Assembly: GCA_963664405.1 (NCBI GenBank)
Contig: OY761158.1
Span: 1,312,001 to 1,376,000, forward strand
Direction of reading: 5' to 3'
Length of the DNA stretch: 64,000 bases
Origin: Thermoanaerobaculia bacterium
GTDB taxonomy: Bacteria > Acidobacteriota > Thermoanaerobaculia > Multivoradales > Multivoraceae
The notes under the pieces were generated by a model. The model worked only from the letters and a program-made list of their open reading frames with translations, was not told where the DNA came from and made no database searches. How positions within the stretch are numbered: position 1 is the first letter of the stretch; each line of letters starts with the position of its first letter. This document shows, in pieces, positions 56,579 to 64,000 of this stretch. The position numbers were made by a program, and so were the translations under genes.

Positions 56579-58337
56579 GTGGGTGCATCCGGGTCTCCTG
56601 CTCATTCTGGGCGCCTGGCTCCTGCCCCTTCTCAAGGGCCGAGCCAAGCGCATCGGCATGCTCGCCGTGCCCTCGGCCGCACTGGTGGCCTGCGCTCTGA
56701 TGACGCCGGGAACCTACGGAGTTGTGCGTTTCCTGGGCCAGGACCTGATCTTCGGCCGCGTCGACCGACTGAGCCTGATCTTCTGCTACGTCTTCGCGCT
56801 GCTCGGCTTGCTTGGAATGGTCTATGCCCTCCATGTCGAGGACGACGCTCAGCACGTATCCGCCCTCACCTACGCCGGCGGCGCGCTCGGGGTGACGCTG
56901 GCCGGAGACTTGCTCTCGCTCTACGTCTTTTGGGAGCTGCTGGCGATCTCGTCAGTCATGCTGGTACTGCTGCGCCGGGAGAAGTCTGCCGTCGAGGCCG
57001 GGTTTCGCTACCTCCTCGTGCACGTATTCGGTGGACTCCTGCTGCTGGCTGGGATCGTCCTCCACTGGTCTCAGACCGGCTCCCTCGCCTTCGGCGACAT
57101 GGGCGCGTACGCGGGGAGTCTCTCCTGGGCCCTCATCCTCGCTGCTTTCCTGCTCAACGCGGCGGTTCCGCCGCTGGGAGCCTGGCTCCCCGACGCCTAC
57201 CCCGAAGCCACCGCAACCGGCGCCATCTTCATGACCGCCTTCACCACCAAGTCCGCGGTGTACGTATTGATCCGAGGCTTTGCGGGAACCGAGCTCCTGG
57301 TGTGGCTGGGTGCGATCATGGCGATCTACGGCGTGGTCTACGCGGTGTTGGAGAACGACGCCCGCAGACTTCTCGCCTACCACATCATCAGTCAGGTGGG
57401 CTACATGGTCTGCGGCGTCGGGATCGGAACCGAGCTGGCGATCAACGGCGCCTCCGCCCACGCCTTTTCGCACATTCTCTACAAGGCTCTTCTGTTCATG
57501 GGGGCCGGAGCGGTCCTGCAGATGACCGGGCTGCGAAAGCTGAGTGACATGGGCGGGCTCTACAAGACCATGCCCAAAACCCTCGGCCTCTACATGATCG
57601 GCGCCTTCGCGATCTCTGCGGTGCCCCTCTTCAGCGGTTTTGTCAGCAAGTCGATGGTGGTCTCGGCAGCTGGGGAAGACCATCGCCAAGCGATCTTTCT
57701 GATGTTGACGCTCGCCTCGGCCGGCACCTTCCTGCACACCGGCCTCAAGCTTCCCTACTACATGTTCTTCGGCAAGGACTCGGGAGTACGAGCCACGGAG
57801 CCGCCCAAGAACATGCTGGTGGCCATGAGCCTGGCGGCGGCGGCCTGCATCCTGATCGGAGTGTTCCCAGGGCTCCTCTACCGGTTCCTGCCCAACGCCG
57901 TCGACTACGCCCCTTACACCGTGGCCCATGTCACAAGCACTCTCGGCATGCTCGGCTTCACCGCGCTTGGCTTCTTCTTGTTGCTCAGTCACCTCGACCC
58001 GGTGAAGACTGTGAGCATCGACACCGACTGGTTCTATCGTCGAGCCCTGGCCGGCTTGGTGAAGCGGATCCTCGGCCCGCTGAGCCGACTCGAATACGGA
58101 TTCGTCGGCGAGATCTACGAGACCGTGATCCAGCGCCCGCTACTCGGAGTTGCCGATCTCCTACGCCGATTCGATAGCCGGGTCGTCGACTCCAGCCTCG
58201 TTGGCTTGGGACGGGGGACGCGAAGCTTGAGCGAGCGGCTCAAGACTGTAGCCAGCGGCCATGCCCAGCACTACGGACTGATCATGGCGGCCGGAATCCT
58301 TGCATTCTTACTTGCTCTCGTGAGCATCCTCGTATGA
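56568..58337 (+). CDS. MrpD/MrpA-like antiporter subunit carrying a NuoL-type C-terminal helix (functional NuoL equivalent)
   Basis: FWELL, AWLPDAYPEA, LLAYHIISQ, HAFSHILYKALLF; tail ...RPLL...DSRVVD...SGHAQHYGLIM plus a final TM. Confidence 0.82.
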   Translation: MTPEWVHPGLLLILGAWLLPLLKGRAKRIGMLAVPSAALVACALMTPGTYGVVRFLGQDLIFGRVDRLSLIFCYVFALLGLLGMVYALHVEDDAQHVSALTYAGGALGVTLAGDLLSLYVFWELLAISSVMLVLLRREKSAVEAGFRYLLVHVFGGLLLLAGIVLHWSQTGSLAFGDMGAYAGSLSWALILAAFLLNAAVPPLGAWLPDAYPEATATGAIFMTAFTTKSAVYVLIRGFAGTELLVWLGAIMAIYGVVYAVLENDARRLLAYHIISQVGYMVCGVGIGTELAINGASAHAFSHILYKALLFMGAGAVLQMTGLRKLSDMGGLYKTMPKTLGLYMIGAFAISAVPLFSGFVSKSMVVSAAGEDHRQAIFLMLTLASAGTFLHTGLKLPYYMFFGKDSGVRATEPPKNMLVAMSLAAAACILIGVFPGLLYRFLPNAVDYAPYTVAHVTSTLGMLGFTALGFFLLLSHLDPVKTVSIDTDWFYRRALAGLVKRILGPLSRLEYGFVGEIYETVIQRPLLGVADLLRRFDSRVVDSSLVGLGRGTRSLSERLKTVASGHAQHYGLIMAAGILAFLLALVSILV

Positions 58338-59800
58338 CTGCTTACCCGGTCCTCACCGTCACGACGTTCTTGCCACTCGTGGGCGCGGTTCTGGTCCTCC
58401 TTGCCGGGAGCGGCGGGCGCGCGAAGGGGATCGCCCTGGCCACCGCCGCGGCCACCCTGGCAGTGTCGACACCGCTCTATCGCCACTTCGACAAATCATC
58501 GGGCAATCTCCAGTTCGTCGAGTCGCACCCGTGGATCCCATCGTGGAACATCAGCTATGGAATGGGCATCGACGGCATCAGCCTGGTCTTCATCTTTCTC
58601 TCCGCGCTGCTGACCATCCTTTGCGTCAGCGTCTCGTGGACCGCGGTGCGCACCAGGACACGAGAGTTCTACGCCTCGCTCCTGGTCGCCGAGACCGCGA
58701 TGATCGGGCTCTTCGCCGCCTCCAACCTGTTTCTCTTCTTCATCTTCTGGGAGCTGATCGTAATTCCGCTCTTTCTCCTCATCGGCATATGGGGAGGCGA
58801 GAGGCGGGTGTACGCCACCGTCAAATTCCTCATCTTCACTCTGGCGGGAAGCGTACTCATGCTGGTGGGCATGATCGCTCTGTACAACATCTGCGGCACT
58901 CTGGACTTCCGAGCCCTCGTCGCCGCTCGTGACTCGATTCGGCCTAGCCACCAGTTCTGGCTCTTCCTAGCCTTTCTGGCCGCGTTCGCGGTCAAAGTAC
59001 CGATGTTCCCGGTGCACACCTGGCTCCCCGACGCCCACACCGAGGCTCCCACCGCCGGCAGCGTGATCTTGGCGGGGATCCTCCTCAAAATGGGTGCCTA
59101 CGGCTTTCTGCGCATCTCGATTCCGGTCTTTCCGGACGCGCTGCAGATCTTCCTCACGCCTCTCCTCACCGTCTCCGCGATCGCCATCGTTTACGGTGCC
59201 TACGTGACCCTGCTCCAGAAGGACATCAAGCGCCTCATCGCGTACTCGAGCGTGAGCCATATGGGCTTTGTCACTCTGGGCATATTCACTCTCGATCCGA
59301 CCGGGGTCGAGGGAGCGATCCTGCAGATGATCAACCACGGGATCGTCACCTCGGCGCTCTTTCTGTGCGTCGGCATGATCTACGAGCGCACTCACACCAG
59401 AGAAATCAAGGACTACGGTGGCGTGGCCAAAGCCGCGCCCGTCTACTCGAGTCTGCTGGCCCTTTTCTGTCTGGCAGCCCTGGGATTTCCCGGCCTGAAT
59501 TCCTTCGTCGGCGAGTTTCTCATCGTCAGCAGCGCCTTCAGAATCGCGCCCTGGCTCGGCGCGATGGCGGTGTGGGGCGTGGCCCTCGGCACTACCTACG
59601 TAGTATGGCTCTTCTACCGAGTGGTCATGGGCAAGCTCAACCCCGGCCTGGAGAAGCTCAGGCTCGAGCTCAACACTCGCGAAATAGCGACGCTGGCTCC
59701 GCTGGCCATCCTCGCCGTAACTCTGGGGCTCAACCCTGATCTGGTGCTCTCCTACCTTCGCGGTCCCGTCGCCTATCTCCTCACCGGAGTCATGCCATGA
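58334..59800 (+). CDS. nuoM: NADH-quinone oxidoreductase subunit M
   Basis: GIDGIS, FWEL, KVPMFPVHTWLPDAHTEAP, LLKMG, YSSVSHMG. Confidence 0.93.
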   Translation: MTAYPVLTVTTFLPLVGAVLVLLAGSGGRAKGIALATAAATLAVSTPLYRHFDKSSGNLQFVESHPWIPSWNISYGMGIDGISLVFIFLSALLTILCVSVSWTAVRTRTREFYASLLVAETAMIGLFAASNLFLFFIFWELIVIPLFLLIGIWGGERRVYATVKFLIFTLAGSVLMLVGMIALYNICGTLDFRALVAARDSIRPSHQFWLFLAFLAAFAVKVPMFPVHTWLPDAHTEAPTAGSVILAGILLKMGAYGFLRISIPVFPDALQIFLTPLLTVSAIAIVYGAYVTLLQKDIKRLIAYSSVSHMGFVTLGIFTLDPTGVEGAILQMINHGIVTSALFLCVGMIYERTHTREIKDYGGVAKAAPVYSSLLALFCLAALGFPGLNSFVGEFLIVSSAFRIAPWLGAMAVWGVALGTTYVVWLFYRVVMGKLNPGLEKLRLELNTREIATLAPLAILAVTLGLNPDLVLSYLRGPVAYLLTGVMP

Positions 59801-61218
59801 ACCGGGTCGTTCTCGCCGATCTGGGATACGTCGTTCCCGAGCTCATCCTGCTCGGGATGGCCCTGGTGCTCATTCTCTTCGCCCGACGCATCCGCGAATC
59901 GCAGGCGGCAGCGATCGGAACGGTAGCGGCGGCTGTTGCGGCCGCCCTAGCTGCTATGTCGGGCTCCTCCGCAGAAGCCCAGAGCGCCTTCGCCGGCATG
60001 ATCGTAGTCGATGGCTACTCCAGATTCTTCACCGTCCTCATCGCGGCGGCGCTAGCATTGGCGACGCTACTCTCGACCCAAGACAGCGACCACGAAGCGG
60101 TCCCACGCGGCGAGTATCACTCCCTGCTACTGCTCGCCGCCGTTGGGATGATGATCGCCGTCTCGACGCCCGATCTCCTGACTCTTTACCTCGGGCTCGA
60201 GCTGATGACCGTCTGCTCCTACATCCTGGTCGGAATCACCAGAAAGAGGCAGGCGTCGATCGAGGGTGCGATCAAGTACTTCCTGGTCGCCTCCTTCGCC
60301 TCGGCTATTCTGCTCTACGGGATCAGCCTGACCTACGGCATCACCGGCGCTACCGACTTCACCGCCATTGCCTCCGCGCTCAGCGAGCACAGCCTCGGCA
60401 GCAACCCGCTCCTGGTGGTCGCCATCGTGCTGGTCGTCTGCGGGCTGGCCTTCAAGGTCGCCGCGGTTCCGTTTCACGCCTGGGCACCGGATGCCTACCA
60501 GGGCGCGAGCGCTCCGGTTGCCGCCTTCTTGGCGGCGGCGTCCAAGGCCGCGGGATTGGCGGCGCTCGGACGCGTGGTCCTGGCGGCGTTTGGCTCGCAG
60601 GCCATGGTTCTGTCGGTGATCCTGTGGGGACTGGCCGCTCTCTCGCTCCTCGCCGGCAGCATCGTCTCCATGGCCCAGACCGACATGAAGCGCCTGCTGG
60701 CCTACTCCTCTATCGCTCATGCCGGGTATGCCCTTCTCGGTCTGCTCGCCGGCACTCCAGAAGGCATCTCGGCAACCATGACCTACGCTTTTCTCTATGT
60801 GTTCATGACCCTAGGAGCCTTCGGCGTAGTAGTCGCGCTCGGCGAGCGAGGCGAAACTCTCGACGGCTATCAGGGCCTTGCAGCCCAGCGGCCGGCGATT
60901 GCAGGAGTCTTTCTCGTTTTCCTCTTGTCGCTGAGCGGGTTCCCTCCGACCGCCGGCTTCATGGCCAAGTTCACGGTCATTCTCAGCGCAGTACGCACCG
61001 GCCACGTCTTGCTTGCGGTGCTTGCCGTCGTATGCAGTGTGATCTCGGCCTTCGTCTACATGCGCGTAGCCGTCGCGATGTTCATGAAGGAGCCTCAGCA
61101 ACCGGCGCCGGCGCGCTTTCCAATGGCGGTCTCAGCCGCTCTCGCGATCGCCGTTGTGGTCACCTTGATGGGCGGCGTCCTCCCTGGACTGCTCTTGCCC
61201 TGGGCGGTTTCGCCATGA
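59797..61218 (+). CDS. nuoN: NADH-quinone oxidoreductase subunit N
   Basis: LGLEL, EGAIKYF, FKVAAVPFHAWAPDAYQGA, YSSIAHAGY, GFPPTAGFMAK. Confidence 0.93.
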   Translation: MNRVVLADLGYVVPELILLGMALVLILFARRIRESQAAAIGTVAAAVAAALAAMSGSSAEAQSAFAGMIVVDGYSRFFTVLIAAALALATLLSTQDSDHEAVPRGEYHSLLLLAAVGMMIAVSTPDLLTLYLGLELMTVCSYILVGITRKRQASIEGAIKYFLVASFASAILLYGISLTYGITGATDFTAIASALSEHSLGSNPLLVVAIVLVVCGLAFKVAAVPFHAWAPDAYQGASAPVAAFLAAASKAAGLAALGRVVLAAFGSQAMVLSVILWGLAALSLLAGSIVSMAQTDMKRLLAYSSIAHAGYALLGLLAGTPEGISATMTYAFLYVFMTLGAFGVVVALGERGETLDGYQGLAAQRPAIAGVFLVFLLSLSGFPPTAGFMAKFTVILSAVRTGHVLLAVLAVVCSVISAFVYMRVAVAMFMKEPQQPAPARFPMAVSAALAIAVVVTLMGGVLPGLLLPWAVSP

Positions 61219-61258
61219 TCGTCGAAAGTACTGTAGATTCTCAGCGGGGCATACAGCT

Positions 61259-61612
61259 GTGAGTGAGTACATCGGGCTACTAGTCATCTCCTTCCTCTCC
61301 GCGGGGATCGTGGGTCTGATGATTTTTCTGGGCTCGACGCTGGGGAAAAAGGACTCCACTCCGGTCAAATTGTCGCCGTTCGAAGCGGGCATGGACCCCT
61401 TCTCCTTGCCGAAGGGGAGATTGGCGGTCAAGTTCTATCTGACCGCGATCCTGTTCATCCTCTTCGATGTCGAGCTCGTCTTTCTCTACCCATGGGCCGT
61501 GGTGTACCGGACCCTGGGGGTACTCGGCCTGGTCGAAATGGGTGTCTTTCTCGGAATCCTGATGGTGGGCTTCATCTACGCTTGGGACAACGGCGCCCTG
61601 GAATGGAAGTGA
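61259..61612 (+). CDS. nuoA: NADH-quinone oxidoreductase subunit A
   Basis: KLSPFEAG, FYLTAILFILFDVE, GALEW. Confidence 0.93.
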   Translation: MSEYIGLLVISFLSAGIVGLMIFLGSTLGKKDSTPVKLSPFEAGMDPFSLPKGRLAVKFYLTAILFILFDVELVFLYPWAVVYRTLGVLGLVEMGVFLGILMVGFIYAWDNGALEWK

Positions 61613-61615
61613 TAT

Positions 61616-62119
61616 ATGTCAAACGAACCTTCTTTCATGACGAGTCGCCTCGAAGAGGCATTGGGCTGGGCCCGTAAGTACTCGATCTTTCAGTACCCCT
61701 TCATAACCGCGTGTTGCGGGATGGAGTACATGGCTACGGCCTGTTCTCATTACGATGTCGACCGCTTCGGAGCCGGCTTGCCGAGATTCTCTCCGCGCCA
61801 GGCCGACGTGCTCTTCGTGGTCGGCACGATCAGCCACAAAATGGCGCCGGTCCTGAAGCGCATCCACGAACAGATGGCGGACCCAAAATGGGTCGTCGCC
61901 TTCGGCGTTTGCACCTGTACCGGCGGCTTCTACGACAACTACGCAACCGTGATGGGGATCGACACGATCCTGCCGGTGGACGTCTACATACCGGGGTGCC
62001 CACCCCGGCCGGAGATGGTCCTCGACGGGCTCATGAAACTTCAGGACAAGATCCAAAACGAGCGCAGCAGCGGTACGAGGCCGGCACCGGAAGCTCGACC
62101 TGAAGTGCTCGAGGCATGA
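61616..62119 (+). CDS. nuoB: NADH-quinone oxidoreductase subunit B
   Basis: TACCGME, SPRQAD, GVC, DVYIPGCPPRPE (N2 cluster ligands). Confidence 0.95.
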   Translation: MSNEPSFMTSRLEEALGWARKYSIFQYPFITACCGMEYMATACSHYDVDRFGAGLPRFSPRQADVLFVVGTISHKMAPVLKRIHEQMADPKWVVAFGVCTCTGGFYDNYATVMGIDTILPVDVYIPGCPPRPEMVLDGLMKLQDKIQNERSSGTRPAPEARPEVLEA

Positions 62120-62724
62120 CTTCCGACACCTTGATCGCGGCTGTCACCGAACGCTTCCCGGATGGCGTGACGGCTTCTCACAGCTATCGCGGTGACGCCA
62201 CCTTGGTGCTGAAGCGCGAGTCCCTGCTCGAGGTCGCCGCATTCATCAAGGACGATCCGGCGCTGCAGATGAACATGCTGGTGGACCTCAGCGCGGTCGA
62301 CTACTCCGCCTTCGGTAAGAGCCCTGTTCCAGCCTTCTTTGCCTCCTCGGGAGTCACGTTGGGCCCCTCGCTGCAGATCCCCGACAAGGATCCGTGGCCG
62401 GGGCCACCGGACGCAGCCGCACGCTTCGCCGTCGTTTACCACTTCTATTCGATCAGCCATAAACATCGGCTAAGGCTGGTGGTTCCGACACCGGTGGTAT
62501 CGGGACATGGTGATAGCGCTACCGCTGGTGAAGTCGACACCTTGAGCGAGCTGTGGCCGGCTGCCAACTGGCTCGAGCGAGAGGTCTGGGACATGTACGG
62601 AATTCGATTCCGCGGCCATCCGGACCTCAGACGCATCCTCATGTACGAAGAGTTCGAAGGCCACCCACTACGCAAGGACTACCCGGTAAAGAGGCGCCAG
62701 CCGCTGATCGGCCCCCTCAACTAG
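62116..62724 (+). CDS. nuoC: NADH-quinone oxidoreductase subunit C
   Basis: DLSAVDY, ANWLEREVWDMYGI, GHPDLRRILM, GHPLRKDYP. Confidence 0.93.
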   Translation: MTSDTLIAAVTERFPDGVTASHSYRGDATLVLKRESLLEVAAFIKDDPALQMNMLVDLSAVDYSAFGKSPVPAFFASSGVTLGPSLQIPDKDPWPGPPDAAARFAVVYHFYSISHKHRLRLVVPTPVVSGHGDSATAGEVDTLSELWPAANWLEREVWDMYGIRFRGHPDLRRILMYEEFEGHPLRKDYPVKRRQPLIGPLN

Positions 62725-62731
62725 TGCACTC

Positions 62732-64000
62732 ATGACCTTACCCACGACCCCGCCCACGGCCTCGACTGCTCCCGAAGAGACCTCGGATCTCGATACGAGA
62801 GACATGATGCTCAATATCGGCCCCGCGCATCCGGCGATGCACGGGATCGTCCGCATCGTCGCCACCCTCGAAGGGGAGACGGTCAAAGACACCGACGTCG
62901 AGATCGGCTACCTCCACCGCGGCTTCGAGAAGATGTCGGAGATCGTCGATTACAACGGCGTCATCCCCTACACCGACCGCCTCAACTACGTATCGCCCTT
63001 GATCAACAACCAGGGCTACTGCATGGCGATAGAGAAGCTTCTCGGAATCGAGGTTCCGGAGCGTTGCCATTACATCCGCGTCATCGTCTCGGAGATCTCC
63101 CGCATCGGCGACCACCTGACCTGCGTCGGCGCCGGCGCGATGGAGCTCGGGGCCTTCACCGTCTTTCTCTACATGATCAAAGCCCGCGAGCACCTCTGGG
63201 AACTGATCGAAAAGGTGACGGGGGCGCGGCTGACGGTGACCTACTGTCGCGTGGGCGGAGTCAAGGCCGACCTTCCCGAGGGCTTCGCCGAGCTCTGTAG
63301 CGAGGCTTTCGTAGAGACCCGCAAGGTGCTCGCAGAGTCGCATACGTTGCTTACGCGCAACCGCATCTTCATCGACCGGATGAGCGGAGTCGGTGTGATC
63401 TCTGCCGAAGACGCGATCGCCTACGGGATCACCGGTCCCTTCCTGCGCGGCAGCGGCGTCGAATACGACGTTCGCAAGGACTGCCCCTATGCCGTCTACG
63501 ACCGCTTGCCCTTCGACGTACCGGTGGGAACCCAGGGCGACAATATGGATCGATACCTGGTGCGCATGGAAGAAATGGAACAGTCGATGCGTATCGTCGA
63601 GGCTGCCCTGAGCGAGCTGCCGGGAGGGCCGGTCCTCACCAACCCCGAGACCGGGCGCCCAATCCCTGCCGCGGAGATGGTCGACCTCGCCAAAATGGGC
63701 GATATCAGCCCGCTCTCAGGTGGCTGCGCGGTTGTAGGTCCGACCCTCGAGGGGTCAGGCGGCAGCCACTACTCATCGATTGCCGCCGACCACCGACAAG
63801 TCCTCCTCCCTGCCAAGGAGGACGCCTACGGCAATATCGAAGGCCTGATGCGGCAGTTCAAGCTGGTCATGCTCGGCCACGGAATCAAGGCTCCGAAGGG
63901 CGAGGTCTACTTCCCCGTCGAAGGCGCCAACGGAGAACTGGGCTTCTACATCGTCAGCGACGGCGCGGGGTCGCCCTATCGAGTGCGGGTCCGTCCGCCT
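62732..64000 (+). CDS. nuoD: NADH-quinone oxidoreductase subunit D (partial, runs off the window end)
   Basis: Manual translation: NIGPAHPAMHG, IGYLHRGFEK, YTDRLNY, GELGFY, PYRVRVRPP; no N-terminal NiFe CxxC ligand motif. Confidence 0.93.
   Translation, partial: MTLPTTPPTASTAPEETSDLDTRDMMLNIGPAHPAMHGIVRIVATLEGETVKDTDVEIGYLHRGFEKMSEIVDYNGVIPYTDRLNYVSPLINNQGYCMAIEKLLGIEVPERCHYIRVIVSEISRIGDHLTCVGAGAMELGAFTVFLYMIKAREHLWELIEKVTGARLTVTYCRVGGVKADLPEGFAELCSEAFVETRKVLAESHTLLTRNRIFIDRMSGVGVISAEDAIAYGITGPFLRGSGVEYDVRKDCPYAVYDRLPFDVPVGTQGDNMDRYLVRMEEMEQSMRIVEAALSELPGGPVLTNPETGRPIPAAEMVDLAKMGDISPLSGGCAVVGPTLEGSGGSHYSSIAADHRQVLLPAKEDAYGNIEGLMRQFKLVMLGHGIKAPKGEVYFPVEGANGELGFYIVSDGAGSPYRVRVRPP

Noticed and set aside
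61616-64000. Group 4 NiFe hydrogenase instead of complex I
   Set aside because: The large subunit lacks the N-terminal CxxC nickel ligands and has quinone-site motifs (HPAMHG, DRLNY); NuoB has the tandem CC

Overview
GC-rich bacterial chromosomal segment. The gene content (sulfatases, DUF1800/DUF1501, DUF3604, LLM oxidoreductases, CoA transferases) suggests a heterotroph such as a marine or sediment Acidobacteriota-like organism, which is an inference only. It holds about 50 mostly metabolic genes, including a tandem array of four secreted sulfatases, two single-chain BC-BCCP-CT acyl-CoA carboxylases, a vapBC pair and an ABC-ATPase + Toprim candidate defence pair. The right end is a permuted complex I-like operon (nuoJ-K-mrpD-like-small ORF-nuoL/mrpD-like-nuoM-N-A-B-C-D) with four antiporter-like subunits. 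Main signals the ORF track misses: (1) two selenoprotein genes split at in-frame UGA codons (AhpC/TSA-DsbD-N fusion with UxxC; AhpD-like with CxxUxxxH), each followed by a SECIS-like hairpin; (2) a five-copy composite palindromic element with compensatory base changes, always placed at a stop codon; (3) a two-copy MITE-like element in the sulfatase array; (4) inverted 8-mer tandem arrays; (5) several gene scars and chimeras. No rRNA, tRNA or CRISPR array was recognised. All family assignments come from motif recognition by eye, not from database searches.
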